A DNA stretch of 64,000 nt from Eledone cirrhosa (lineage: Eukaryota). The position numbers and the translations under genes are program-made. Below are positions 1 through 13,756 of this stretch, piece after piece (position 1 is the first letter of the stretch; the number at the start of each line of letters is the position of its first letter). The notes beneath the pieces were generated by a model. The model saw only the letters and a list, made by a program, of their open reading frames with translations, was not told the origin of the DNA and ran no database searches. The DNA lies in the NCBI GenBank assembly GCA_964016885.1, contig OZ024741.1:37138001-37202000 (forward strand), given 5' to 3'.

Positions 1-130
1 TTTCTGAACAATCTGTCCACTAGTAAACATGCTATAAACTTTTGAATTTACAAATATGTTTTAAGTAACTTTTTACTAAATCATTACAGAATCTTAAGAG
101 TTAATAGTTAATGATTAATTTGTTTGTCTA

Positions 131-618
131 TCATCATCATCATCACCGTTTTAGGTCCGTTCTTTCACACTAACATGGGTTAGACGGGTTGTCCTGTTGT
201 GGGCAGTGTCTGGTCAGCTGACCTTGTCTTGCTCATACGGGAACTGATTCTGGCTTGATTTCTACAGCTGGATGCCCTTCTTAACACCAACCTCATTTAC
301 AGTGAGTGCTGGGTGCTTTTTTTTCGTGGTGCCTACACGTCCACTTTACAGTGAGTGCTGGGTGCTTCTTTGCCGTGGTGCCTACACGTCCACTTTACAG
401 TGTGGGCTGGGTGCTTTTTTGCCGTGGCACCTCCACGACCACTTTGCAGTGGAATGATATGGACCCCAGTCACTATCATCTCATTTCTACAGCTGAGTAA
501 ACTGGAGCAATGTGAAATAAAGTGTCTTGCTCAAGGAAATAACACATCACCCGGCCTGAGAATTGAACTCACAACTTTTCGATTGCAAGCCCAATGCTCT
601 AACTACTAAGCCTTGCGC
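131..618 (-). mobile_element. tRNA-derived CORE-type SINE with RTE-LINE-derived 3' tail
   Basis: Minus strand reads GGCTTAGTAGTTAGAGCATTGGGCTTGCAATCG..GAGTTCAATTCTC (A/B-box tRNA head), then CCTTGAGCAAGACACTT..CAGCTGTAGAAATGAG (CORE-like), then a tail nearly identical to the RTE 3' UTR at 60066-60330, ending in (GAT)n. Confidence 0.8.
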
Positions 619-779
619 TATATTAATTAAATTGATGATGATGAGGATGATGATGATAATGACTGCTATTGCCATAAATAACACCACCAGCACGACCATA
701 ATTATCATCATTTGTTTTCCTCACACTGTATAATTATTTCTAGCTACATTTTAATGATAATAAATATACTAACACAAAC

Positions 780-1046
780 TTAACTGTTTTGATATCAAAC
801 TGCCTGAAACAGCCTCTGGTTCTACAATGCAAAACTGTTTGTTTTAAAGTGTTTATATTTATCTAAAAACCATTTCATCTTAATTCTATGTAAGAACCTT
901 TGTTAAGATATAATCTAAACACCAACTTAATAATGAAAAAGTTAGTTATATTATTAGATCCATTCAAATTCTTGATTATTTAAAAAAGTATTTGAAAAAT
1001 CTTAGGCGGTGTCTTTCATTAGGAATATGATAATGAAAGGGTTGAA
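780..1046. mobile_element. TTAA-flanked piggyBac-type MITE (degenerate copy)
   Basis: Matches the family with TTAACCCTTT...AAAGGGTTAA ends seen at 52088-52350, 57282-57982 and 59910-60065. Confidence 0.55.
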
Positions 1047-1674
1047 CATTTAGTAGTCATGCTAATATATCCTCAGATAATATGATCTAGAACACACTTT
1101 GACTATTGTTTATAATGCTGATGACATCTTTGATTTACAGTATTTAGTTTACAAATGCCTCTGAAATCAACCAAACCACACATTAACCATATCCCTAGGA
1201 TCTAAGGCAGTCAACTATATATCTTTCTTCTATAAATTATGGCTTTTTATGTCATGTAAGAAATCAATATTTATAAAAATTGATACAGCAATGATATGAC
1301 AGAAACAAGTAAACATAAAATTAAGAATGGCGATGTAGAAGACAAGTTCACACACATCTTCACTCTCAAATAGAATTGTACAGTCATTTCTGCGCACCAA
1401 TAAACTTCTCCTTTTCCTCCTCCTCTTTTGGTCTTTTATGTATTTCATCTGCTTGTCACCCACCTCATGGATTGTCTTTTTGTCGATCACTGACCACTGG
1501 TCTCTGTCCTCTGAGGTATTTTTCCCCATTGCTGTCTTTAGTAGCATTTGGTTGTTTTGATGGCTGTTCTAGTGATGAGTTTTCTCATTTTTACATGTAT
1601 TTAAATACACTCTCACTTCATCTCGATCAGAGATAATAATGTTTTTTATAAAATTAAATACTTTACAACAACAG

Positions 1675-1853
1675 AGGATTGGCCAAATATTTGGTGTTAT
1701 TTATTCCAATTTTTTACATTCTGAGTTCAAATCCTTTGACTTTCATTCTTCCAGGATCAATAAAATAAAGTACCAGTCAAGTACTGGGATTGATTTAATG
1801 GATTTTACCCTCCTCTAAAAAATTACTGGTTGTGTAAATAAATTAGAAACAAT
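1675..1853 (+). mobile_element. tRNA-derived SINE with Nin/Deu-like domain (degenerate)
   Basis: TTCTGAGTTCAAATCC..CTTTCATTCTTCCAGGATCAATAAAATAAAGTACCAG; same family as 48250-48436 and 59352-59540. Confidence 0.6.
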
Positions 1854-3268
1854 TAAATTAATTACTTCACTCTATTTAGTTTCAAATTCTTAGTCAGTTA
1901 GTTTTCAGTTCTGAGTTCAAGTCATGCAGAGATTATTTCACTTTTAATCTTCCATATATTTACCTTCTCCTATACCCATCATTTTCTTTATAAAACTAAT
2001 CTTATACTAACTTGTATAAATGAAATTGGCATTTATACTCAATATTATCAGCTCTACATATGATAATGATTTGGGATCACTGGCTTAGGAAGAGCCTACC
2101 CTCATTGAGCAAGATCACGAGGAAGAAGACTCAGTATTATCATCTTCTTAGCCTTCAATTAAACAACAACAAGCATTTATGACTATTTTCCTTGCTAATG
2201 CAGAAGTTAGTCTAGCAGTGTCTTATGACTTTATTCTCCATTTTGCCCTATACTCAGCACCTTCCTCACCAATCACCTGGCTTTCCTCCTAAATCATATT
2301 TATATCTTTATTGGTCTTCCTCCTCATCACATGACCCAACCATTTCATTCTATTTTTCTTCATAACATTTATCATTGGTTCTATCCGCATCATTCTCTCA
2401 CCCAGTCCTTCCTCAACACATGACCTAGCCATCTCATTCTATTTCTCTTCATACCATTCATCATTGGTTCTGGTTCTATCCCCATCAATCACTACTTTGA
2501 ATTAAATTCAGTTATATTTAAAACCATAAAAGTAAAATTTACTTTGTTTTTCTTCCAACCTACATTTTCTTTTTTTTTAAATCCAAAGAAAGTAATCTGG
2601 AATTTTTTAATAATATATCTTTTGTGTTCAGCACAGCTAACTGGCTTGTCCTTCCTCTTAGTGCTGCCATCCAGTCCCACACTGTAAATGTAGTTGGTTT
2701 TAGGAAGGGCATCTAGCTGTAAAATCCCCAGCCAAATTTAAAGTCCTCATCAGAGCAAGGTACGGTGTGGGCAACTCTAGCCAGACTTGTCTCTCAACAT
2801 TGATGACCTGTCTAACCCATGCAAGCATGGAAGAATGGACGCTAAATGGTGATGATGATGATGATGATGTCTTTTGTTGTATATATTTGTTAAGTTTATT
2901 TTCTTTCTTTTTCTTTCTATAATCTCAAATCATTTTTACAGAGTTTCTTTCCAGATTTTAATGTTTTGTTTATAAAATCCCATAAATCATTTGGTCACTC
3001 ATAAATATTCACCATTCCAGTACTATTAAAGATTACTTATATTCTAAAATACCTTTATTTTTGTTTTTGTTAAAAATAAAATAAAATAAGATTTAAAAGT
3101 TTTTTTGTAATTGTTATATATATATATTTTTATATTTATATTTACATTCTTTTTTTTTTAGAGAATATATTTTTTTAAAGGGACACATCAAATAAAAACA
3201 ATCAAAGCAAATATGATGAGAGAAAAACAAACACATAAACATACATCCCACATAAACCTATACACGTT

Positions 3269-3313
<45 letters not shown>

Positions 3314-3778
3314 TGAGAGAGAGAGAATAACAAAAATATTGTTCTCACACAGTAAAGTTATCTTTAAATAAGATCTAGTCACATGAATGCAACCCTTCAC
3401 ATCACACATCACTTTTGGACAATTTCATTTCATTTTGTTCAGTGTGAAGAAACTTTAGGAAGTTTAAAAATCATTCAACTGATGAATGGTTGGCATTATT
3501 CAAGAGACAGCTCGAGTAAATAGATTTTGGTTTGCATCGCTGCAACTAAACTACACATATTTACTGAAACCAACCAAAGAAGTAAATTGAATCAATCAGG
3601 TAGAAAAGGAATAGAATAAAACTATGTCAACCATAGTTGGTTAGTTAGTTAGCTAGCTTCTGAAAAAGATGGCTGACAGTTAGCTGAGTGGTGTGGTGGG
3701 TGAGAAATAAACACTGCTGACAAGTAAGGAGTTGTGAAGACAGATATATATATATATATGGGTATGTGAAAGAGTTTT

Positions 3779-3809
<31 letters not shown>

Positions 3810-4259
3810 ATGTATGTATGTATATATGGTTGACAGAAGGAAAAGAAGTGAAAAAGGTGAGAGAGAGAGAGAGAGAGGAGGAGGAGGAAGAAAGCTAACA
3901 TGGCTGAAAGGAGTATCATAGTCAAATATGGCTGCCAGCCAGCTAGCCAACCAGCAGAGTGAAAATCCAAAAGCTACTACTGGCATCTTTTGGCATCCAG
4001 AAAAATGAGAAACAACGAACATGTCTGACAAATATTTAGAGTGGAAAAACAAATATACAAATAAACAGACAGACAGACAAGCAGATGGACACATAGCTAA
4101 TAGTTTTGGAGGGAGTGTGCATATGGAGGGGGCGAGGGAAGCAAATATAGCTCAGGAAATGATGGAGAGACAATCATTGTCACAGTTAGGAGAGTGAGAA
4201 ATATATAGTGAGTCCAATGAGGTAGGTATATACTGCAATAGATGACCATTGCCTTTGGA

Positions 4260-4605
4260 GGTGAAATCCTATAGTCACAAGTGACTATAGGATTTGCACT
4301 TAGAAAGTTGCCCTCGAAGGCACAAGTCTGGGCAAGGTTTTTTGTGGAAGACCTGCAGTTGCCCATGCATACCATTGCCCATGCATACCAGTCTCCCTTC
4401 TCCACACAACTGACGTCCAAGGGAAAGGCTAAGGTTGATACAGCTTGACATCTGTGATGTTGCAACTAATTTCTATAGCTGAATGAACTGAAGCAATGTG
4501 AAATCAAGTATCTTGTTCAAGAACACAACACACAGTCCAGTCAATTACTGAAACTCACAACCTCCCAATTTTAAGCCTGACATTCTAACCACTAAGCCAT
4601 GTGCA
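4260..4605 (-). mobile_element. tRNA-derived CORE-type SINE
   Basis: Similar to 30135-30432 and to 50185-50520 (opposite strand); tRNA head GGCTTAGTGGTTAGAATG, CORE-like TCTTGAACAAGATACTT. Confidence 0.65.
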
Positions 4606-4979
4606 TTTTGTGGTGAATTGGCAGTATTTTTAGTGTAGGACAGAATGATTGTTTAGTGAGGAAGGGAAAGGTTGTGTCAAGGTCAGATTAACTCCTTTTG
4701 AGGCCCTAAGTGCATAAAAGATGATGGTGCTCCAACATATATAAGGTCTGCAAACAAATTTTTTTTTTCAATGACAAATACAATTGATTTGAATAAAATG
4801 GTGTCCATCTTCCCTAAATATTCTGCTTATTTTACTTAATAGTTAATCCAGCCATGACACTTTTCAACCCTTCTCCCTGATACTGGTGGGAAGGAGGTAT
4901 CCTCAAATCAGAGACTTGGTGTGAAATCGTGAAACAGAGAGGCCTTAACTCATGTCACATAAGATGCTAGGTAGTGCTG

Positions 4980-5250
4980 TTAAACCAGACAACGAACTCT
5001 ATAGTAGGATTTGAACTCAAAACAAAATACAGAACAAATACCACAAGGCATCTGTCTTTTCCTCTAACATTTCTGCCAATTCACCACCCTGAACTGGTAT
5101 ACTTTATTTCACTGACCCTGAAAAATTGAAAGGGAAAGTTGACTGAGGTGGAATTTGAAGTTGGAGTACAGCGCCCCATGACAAAATTCCACAAGGCATT
5201 TTGTCTTCCACACATCCATCCATCCATTCAGAGAGAAATGGGTAAGGGGA

Positions 5251-5305
<55 letters not shown>

Positions 5306-5595
5306 GGAAGGAGAGGGAGAGGTGGAAAGGAGAGAGAGATAGAGAGGGGGAGAAGGAGAGAGAGAGGGGATGAGAGACGAGGAGAGAGATAGAGAAGGGG
5401 AGAAGAAGAGTGAGTGAGAGAGGGAGAAAGAGAGAGGATCAACCTCAGTACTTGACTGGTACATTATTTATTGACCTGGAAAGGGTGAAAGGCAAAGCTG
5501 AACTCAGTGGAATTTCAAGTCAGAGTACAGAGGAGCTGTAATGAATGCCACCAATCATTCTAACCAATGTTCTAAAGACTCTACTAATTCACTGT
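4980..5595 (-). mobile_element. cluster of Nin/Deu-domain SINE fragments interrupted by a (GA)n/purine tract (5229-5436)
   Basis: Repeated CTGGTAC..TTTATTGACC..GAAAGG.TGAAAGGCAAAG.TGA.CTCAGTGGAATTT motifs (reverse complement of the family consensus). Confidence 0.55.
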
Positions 5596-6829
5596 ATCTG
5601 ATAGTTGTGAAAATATTCTCTTGTGGTGTTGTTAATAGGCATATACAGATAAGTAAAGGAACTTCATCAGTTGTCAACTCAGTGGTAAGTTTACCAGATT
5701 CAGAACAACATTAGGACTTGTATTACTGGATAAGATGAACTTTTTAATGTTCCATTTTATAAACATAACCATCCAGAAGGTGTGTTTCTCACTGTTCTTA
5801 GTTCTTAACCCTTTTGATACCAAACCACCTGATTCTATGATACAAAGTTGTATATTTTAAAATAACCATTTATCATCATCATCATTTAACGTCCATTTTC
5901 CATGCTAGCATCGGTTAGACAGGTTGCTCTATTGTGAGACAAGCCAGGTCCGATGACCATGACTTGCTCATACAGGACTGGTTTTTCTTGGTTTCTACGT
6001 TTGGATGACCTTAAAAACAATTAATGGTATTTTTATATAAGAACCTTTGTTAAATTATGTTCTAAACACCAACATAATGGGAAGTTAGTTACATTACTAA
6101 ATCCCTCCAAATTTTCGATTATTTTCAAAACTATTTGAAAATCATAGGCAGTGTCTTTCTTCCATTAGAAATATGTTAACAAGTGAATTAATAAAGGAAG
6201 GAGACATTTGATAATGTAGATACTGATTATTGGTCTATCTCACTTTTACTGATCCAATAACTTCAGGGATAGAATTATTGGGAGAAGCAGGGGCAAGTGC
6301 TCTGGGGCTCACTCATCAAACCAGGCTCCCTCTCTCTGAACAGAGTCCCTTCTTCAAACAAGTCCCCTACTTCAAACAGAGCTCCTGCTAGCTTTGAAGA
6401 CTGGGGCCCTGATCATAAACATAATTTTATCTTTTAGAGAGTATGTTTTAAAAAATGTAATTGGTATCACTTTTGTGTCAATTGATCAAAATGTATTTAC
6501 TTTAGTGACACCAGTTAGCAAAAGTAGGGGAGTTGCTGTATATGATGTATATGTACGCATATGTATGAGTGTATGTATAGTTTATCAATGATGGAGCTTG
6601 ATGTGTTTAAATATTTATGTGTGTGTATGTGTGGTTATATGTTTGTGTGTATGTATGTGTGTATGTGTGTATGTGTGTGTGTGTGTGTACAATGACCATT
6701 CCTTTGCTATCTCAATCATTTGACCTTCTGACATGGAGGTGGGCTGATGTATTTGAAGAAATTCAAATCTTTTCCTCTTTATTCAGTCGCTCTTTCTCCA
6801 CCTCTCTTCATGCTTATATATATATATAT

Positions 6830-6868
<39 letters not shown>

Positions 6869-7049
6869 CATATACATATATGTGTGTGTGTGTGCATTCA
6901 TATATGAGAAGCCCACAAAACCTGAACTGCCCTGGGCCTTCCAGGGTTTAAATCTAGTCATACATAACTTCCAGCCATTTTGATACCAAACCACCAAAAT
7001 CATTTCTGGTTCTACAATAAATAGCTGTGTATATTAGCATTTTGTGCAA

Positions 7050-7414
7050 TGTCAATGTGCGTGAATGGCCGAGCATGGATGTGTTGAGAGAGAAACTGTG
7101 TCTGAGAGGGATAAATTGTTGTGAACGGGAGAGGAGGAGACTGCGATGGTGTAGACATGTGATGCGCATGGAGGATGACTGATGGGTGAAGAAGTGCCAA
7201 GAAATGCCAGTTGAAGGAAGATGTAGTAGAGGAAGACCACGAAAAACATGGGCGGAGGTGATGAGAGCAGACCTCAGATCGCTGAAGCTCACGGTGGAGA
7301 TGACGAAGGACCGTGACAAGTGGAGAGATGCTGTGCTGAATAGGACCCGTCCCACCCTTGCAAGCAGGGAAAAGCGGCCGTAAAATGATGATGATGATGA
7401 TAATGATGATGATG
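7050..7414 (+). mobile_element. RTE-clade LINE 3' fragment
   Basis: Encodes RLRW..HVMRMED..VKKC..VEGR..RGRPRKTW (RTE C-terminus), followed by a short 3' UTR and (GAT)n tail. Confidence 0.8.
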
Positions 7415-9179
7415 TATATAAATATTCGGTATGTATGTATACATGTGTCTATATATATATATACATACATACACACATGTATAACTACATATGTATACAC
7501 TCACACATACATATGCTATGTCGGATGTTTGTAAGACTATTGTCAATGACATAGGTGTCACTTAGAAAACCAATATATTTTGGCAAAGAATCTCTTTAAA
7601 TTCCTCAAGTCAACTTAACTGTGGATATGTGGATATGTTGAAGAAATTATCTCACTCATTTCTAGAAATTGCCAAAATGTGGAGTTATCAAGTTTCCACA
7701 TCCATAAATGTAATCACACACACCTACACACACACACAATTGAATACACAGAGACATATACCCACCCACTCTCACAAACATTCAAACATTTACACATACA
7801 CACACAATCACATACAATCCCACATACATACACATGAGAATACATTTATATTCTTTCATTCTTTTTTATATTGTTTTTTTTTACTGATTTCAGTCATTAG
7901 ACTGCAGCCATACTGGAGCACCACTATCCACCTCAGTATGAGTGTTATAAGAGGTGAATAAAAGGGTTGATGCCAGCAAGGGCATCCAGCTGTAAAACAT
8001 TGCCTTAAAAAGATGCCATGATGAGTATGAAGCCAATCATATGGTATGCAATGGTAACTCTTGCATACCCAGGGAATGTGGTCTTAAAATCCTTGTTGTT
8101 GGTTGTTGTAAAATAGTGTTTTTTTTACATCAGTACAAAACCACAAATTAGATGAGATCAATCTCCAAAAGATAGCAGGTATTTTAGGTTATTGACGAAT
8201 TAGCAGGGTCATTATAGAATGAGACAAAATACCCTATAGTATTTTTTTGGCTCCTGACACTGTGTGTTCAAATCCCACTGAGATCAACTTTGCCTTTCAT
8301 CCTTTCAGGATGTTCAACAATGAAGCCACATTAGCAAGACATCTTCTCATAGTATTGGAGCTGTTATCTTTCAGTTCAAAGAAGTAGTGACTCTCTGATC
8401 TCCGAGCTACGCAGTCTATCGAGTAACATTACTCCAAAGACTCCTCAGAGGAACCCCATTTTGGGTGTATTTGTAATCATATTCTTTTGGTCATTACCTA
8501 AGATTCATGACCATAGGTAATGGTTGGCACAAATACCGAATTGAAGTTTGGCATTTGCACCTACCTCCTTTCTGATTACCGAATGCTGAAGCTGGTGCAA
8601 TTCTTTCACTTAATTCAACTCCCTGCCTTCCATCACTCATCAGCATTAACAAGATATTCCACATAATTACAAAACTGCCCTAATGATTGCCACATAGTAA
8701 AAATTGAAGTCATTACTAATACTGCATATTTTCACAATGATCTGTCCACAGATACATACTTATCTGATCTCTAATAAAGATACTACTAAATCTATTTTTA
8801 GATATTTTTCTGTTAAAGCCTTAACGAAGGTTGATAGTTTAATTATCAATTCAACATGGTGAATTGGCAGAATTGTTAATATAAGTTAAGATGCCTGACT
8901 GTATTTCTTTCACATCCTTGTGTTCTAAGTTCAATTCCCACCCTGGTCCTACTTCGGGTGTTAGACTGAATCTGTCACCCAGTTTAACACCCCCACCTGG
9001 TCTTTGGGTGCCTTTAACTCTGTTGCAAACATTAAGGCTGGATCTGTAATGTGATGACAACTTCCTCCTTTCTTACATTTTTTGATAACTAACAACTCTA
9101 AAACATTCTCATTAAGACACAGATTTCGAAAATGAAAACACTTTTTCCCTAGGATGCACCATTTCAGAGCCTTTGAGAG

Positions 9180-9313
9180 ACATACATACATGTATATCAT
9201 GACTCATACACTATTCACTTCCCTGATATTTGTATATTATTCTATCTACTATACATGCACCTTTGATGAGTTGTAGTGCACCTGAACACTGTACACAATA
9301 ATTTCATTATTAT
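9180..9313 (+). mobile_element. CR1/L2-type LINE 3' end with (ATT)n tail
   Basis: Matches the reverse complement of 30470-30600, which continues into a CR1-type RT C-terminus. Confidence 0.55.
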
Positions 9314-9317
9314 TTTT

Positions 9318-9508
9318 TTAATGGGCTTTCTCCACGATGGCTCTCGGCAGTCTCCCCCCTATTGGGGAATTTTTCATTGTTCTTTTTTGTTACATCCTCT
9401 GTTTTTTGTTTTTTTACACGCAGAAATGCCCATTTGTACCGTCCTGATTTGTCCTGTACTGTCCTTAATGTCTACTTTATGTAAACCCTTGTGGTTAATA
9501 AAGAAAGC
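9318..9508 (+). mobile_element. Tx1/L1-type LINE 3' UTR fragment
   Basis: CCCCTATTGGGG hairpin and terminal CCCTTGTGGTTAATAAAGAAA shared with the Tx1 ends at 29645-29773 and 43292-43421. Confidence 0.65.
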
Positions 9509-9529
9509 ATTATTATTATTATTATTATT

Positions 9530-11392
9530 CTTTGAGTCTCAGTCATTGATGTTAGTTAAATGGAAAGCTTGTTGAAATGAATATCAAGCCACTACCTACA
9601 GCCTCAGGTATTCAGGACGTATCGGAGGGTTCTTGCTATTCCCAGCAAGCATGCCTTTTGAAGTGTTCCAAAAAGCGGGACGGGGCCAATTTTCTTTAAC
9701 CAACCCTGGAAACTCTTTGAGATAGTACCTAGTGCGCCTATGATAATCGGGACCACTTTGACTTCATGGCAGTTCCAAATCCTTTTTACCTCCCACTTTA
9801 AGTCCTGGTATCGGTTAATTTTCTCCCTCTCCTTCTCTTGCACTCTCGTGTCGAATTGGCGCAATTGCACACAATCAGGCACGATCTTTTTTCCTTGTCC
9901 AAAACCACCAGGTCAGGTCTATTGTGTTCCAGTTTCTTGTCCGTCTGTATCCTAAAATCCCACAGCACCTTCACCTGATCATTTTCTATCACCGACTCTG
10001 GCTTATGCTCATACCACTTCTCAGAATGTGGTAAATTGTTTACTTTGCATAGGTGCCAGTGGATCACCCTGCCCATCACATCATGTCTCCAGCCTTTATA
10101 GTGAGTCTGGGCTAGGTGTTTACACTCGGATATAATGTGAGCCACAGTCTCCTCTCTCTCTCCACAGATCCTGCACAGTGGGCTAGCCTCCTCCTTGTAA
10201 ATATGGTGTTTCAGCCACTTCGTTTTGAGGGCCTGCTCTTGCGCAGCCATTAGCATTCCTTCTGTAGCCTTTTTAAGGTCTCCTCTTTTCAACCAGTTCC
10301 ATGTCTGTGGATCTCTGAATTCAGTTTTCTCAAAGAAGGTACTATGAAGGGATTTTTCATAAAGGCTGCTCTTTCTCCTTGTTGTTATTTCCTCCTTGGA
10401 CATCCCCTGGTCTATTGTCCTCTCCTTCAGTACAATTCTGAGCATTGGCTCTTTACTATGGGTCACGTATTTGTGTTGGTTGTTTTTCTCCATCTGAACA
10501 CAGTCCTCTATGCTGATAAGACCTCTTCCACCTTCAGATCTCCTTAAGTAGAGTCTATCGACATCACTCCTCTATGTTGTAGATAGTCAATAGCTTCCTA
10601 GTCTTTCTATCCATTTCTTTTGGTTCAGCAACATTCCATCTCAGAATTCCCGCACTGTACCTAATAATAGACACAGCTCGGGAATTTACTGCACTTATGG
10701 CATTCCTACTGTTCAGACGCTCCTTACTCTCTGAATGTATTCAGATCAATTCCTTCATTTTTTTGTTCTTGATGTCATTAGCCTCCAGAACACCCAAATA
10801 CTTTTATCCTACTTCAGTGTCAATTTCCTTTATCATCTCACCTGTTGGTACCTGGATTCCGTTGCTTCTGCTCAATTTACCCCTCTTCATCACAAGGACT
10901 CCACACTTACTAATACCAAATTGCATACATATATCATTGCTGGAAATACGGACAGTGTCAACAAGCACATCCAACTCCTTCTCACTCTTCCCGAAGAGCT
11001 TAAGATCGTCCATGAAGAAGAGGTGATTGATGGTAAGCTCTCCGTTTCCCAACTTGTATCCTGCTCTCACTTTTCGCAGTATAATGGTCAGGGGCATCAG
11101 GGCAAGGACAAACAACAGAGGGGACAGACTATCTCCCTGGAAGATACCTCTCTTGATCTTCACGCCTCCCAAGTATTCTCCAGCTCATGTTAACTCTGTT
11201 TTCCAGGACTTCATACTTTTGCTCAACAACTGTCTGATGTTATCTGCCACCCTGAAGATCTCTAGGCTTTTGGTGATCCAAGAATGAGGCACCATGTCAA
11301 ATGCCTTTTTGTAGTCTGTCCATCCCATGGCAAGACCAGTGTGTCTCCTCTTGCAATTCCTCATTACCATCTTATCAATAAGTAACTGGTCC

Positions 11393-11393
<1 letters not shown>
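9530..11393 (-). mobile_element. 5'-truncated R4/Dong-clade non-LTR retrotransposon (RT + CCHC + restriction-like endonuclease), frameshifted
   Basis: ORF pieces 11185-11370 ([13 protein letters not shown]), 10804-11172 (GIFQGDSLSPLLF, FFMDDLKLF), 9798-10493 (CRIC..ETVAHIISEC; HNRPDLVV) and 9604-9882 (EKINRYQDL..VVPIIIGALG); flanked on both sides by (TAA)n. Confidence 0.88.
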
Positions 11394-11433
<40 letters not shown>

Positions 11434-11844
11434 TTCTCATTTTCAGTTGACATATATATATACATATCATCACCGTTTTACGTCCATTCTTCCACGCTAG
11501 CATGGGTTAGACGGGGTATGTATATATATATATATATACACACACACACTCTCTGTCTTCCAAATTTCACTGACAAGGCATTGGTCAACATGTGGCTATA
11601 GTAAAAAAAAAATTCCCAGGGTACAACACAAGGAATGAACCCAAACCCATGTGGTTGTTAAGTTTAACTCCTTAACTACACAGCTATTTCTGTGCCTATA
11701 TGTGTGTCTGTGTACACACACGCGTGTACTTAACTCCAGCACGTATATTTAAGATAATATATATCACCTAAAATTACAGCAATAAAAACATTTATGAAGT
11801 TAAAAAATGAAAAAATGACTTCCGTTGTGGAAATGTAGTTACTG

Positions 11845-12062
11845 TCATGGTTGGTGTTATTGTTGTTGTTGGTGGGGGTATGGGTGCTGGTGGTGATGGT
11901 AACGATGGGTGTAATGGTGGTGGTGGTGGTGGTGGTGGTGGTGGTGGTAATAATGGGTGTAATGGTGGTGGTTGTGGTGATTGTGGTGGTGATTGTGATG
12001 GTAGTGGTGATTGTGGTGGGGGTGGTTGTGATGGTGGTGTCGCTATTGTTGTTTGTACTGGT
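11845..12062. repeat. degenerate (GGT/GAT)n trinucleotide tract, duplicated at 12485-12672
   Basis: Both copies share GGTATGGGTGCTGGTGGTGATGGTAACGATGGGTGTAATGGTGGTGGT. Confidence 0.75.
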
Positions 12063-12071
12063 GATATTTAT

Positions 12072-12113
<42 letters not shown>

Positions 12114-13038
12114 TATATAAATAAGGACTTTTCAGTTGTGTCAAAGACATGGCAATTTCCTTGTGTTGGTAATCTACATGGTAAACACACTCAGTACACT
12201 CTGTAAAGTGGTTGGTTATAGGAAGAGTATCCAGCCATAGAAAACCTGCCCAACAAAGGATTGGGAGGATTCTTCAGCTGAATCAAAGATATGACAACCT
12301 CCCTAGTGCTGGTGCCATGATAAAATACACTTGGTAGAGAGAGGGAACATATGTAAGCAAGCTGTAAACCCAAGCCAGTCAGGGCAGAGTGTAGGAAGAT
12401 ATGTGAGATGCAGGCCTCTGGCCCTTCCATGATCAGTCACTCGGCATTACTAATGACTAGCAGGGAAAAAGTATGTTAAACAATAATGATGTTGGTGTTA
12501 GTGTTGTTGTTGTTGGTGGTATGGGTGCTGGTGGTGATGGTAACGATGGGTGTAATGGTGGTGGTATAGGTGCTGGTGGAGGTAATGATAGGTGTAGTAG
12601 TGGTGGTGGTGGTGATGGTAATAATGGGTGTAATGGTGGTAGTTGTGGTGAATTGTGGAGTTGTGATGGTAGTCATTACATTCAGGCACACACATACAAA
12701 CATCCCACTAAGCACACTTACATTCACTCACACACACACATATATCATACATTTCACAACACGCATGTTCAAAATTTTAACGTCTTTTCATTTCATTTAA
12801 CTTAAATCTGCTCTCCAAACAAACAAGTTAACTCTGATCGATCTCTTAAGTCTCCCATAGGGATACTCCCATGATAATGGGTTTTTAAACCCTAAAATAT
12901 TTGGGATTATCAAATTTGCTATGGTAAGATTCTTTTGTTATCTTAGCAATCTTGATTTTCTTTCTAGTGCATTGTATGATTTTCAAAATTATTTAAATTT
13001 GTGTTTCCTATTCAATAATGCTTCAAGCAAACTACAAC

Positions 13039-13514
<476 letters not shown>

Positions 13515-13674
13515 AATTAATATATCTAGTAACATATATATACACAGACGCATACTTATGGTAGCAAATATATAGGTTTAGTAACTTTGTGGTTCAATGC
13601 ATGGGGATGCAGAACAATAATATGAGAGACGTAAAATAAGAAAATTATAAAATTAACTTACTTACTAAAATTTC

Positions 13675-13756
13675 ACTCCAACTAATTAGTTTCTGAAAGG
13701 GAATAAACATAGTTTTCGAAGAAACGTACGGAGAAGCCTTTCGTCATCAGGGAAGT
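13675..13756 (-). ncRNA. type I hammerhead ribozyme with extended stem II
   Basis: Minus strand: ACTTCC-CTGATGA-C-GAAAGG..CCTTTC-A-GAAA-C-TAATTA-GTT^GGAGT. Confidence 0.65.

Noticed and set aside
545-618. tRNA gene (Ala/Cys-like anticodon loop CTTGCAA) on the minus strand
   Set aside because: No proper acceptor stem; continues into the SINE core and recurs as divergent SINE heads
5639-5690. Candidate 46-nt micro-exon (AATAG|...GTG|GTAAGT)
   Set aside because: Splice-like signals only, with no recognisable protein; the surrounding sequence could be an old LINE relic
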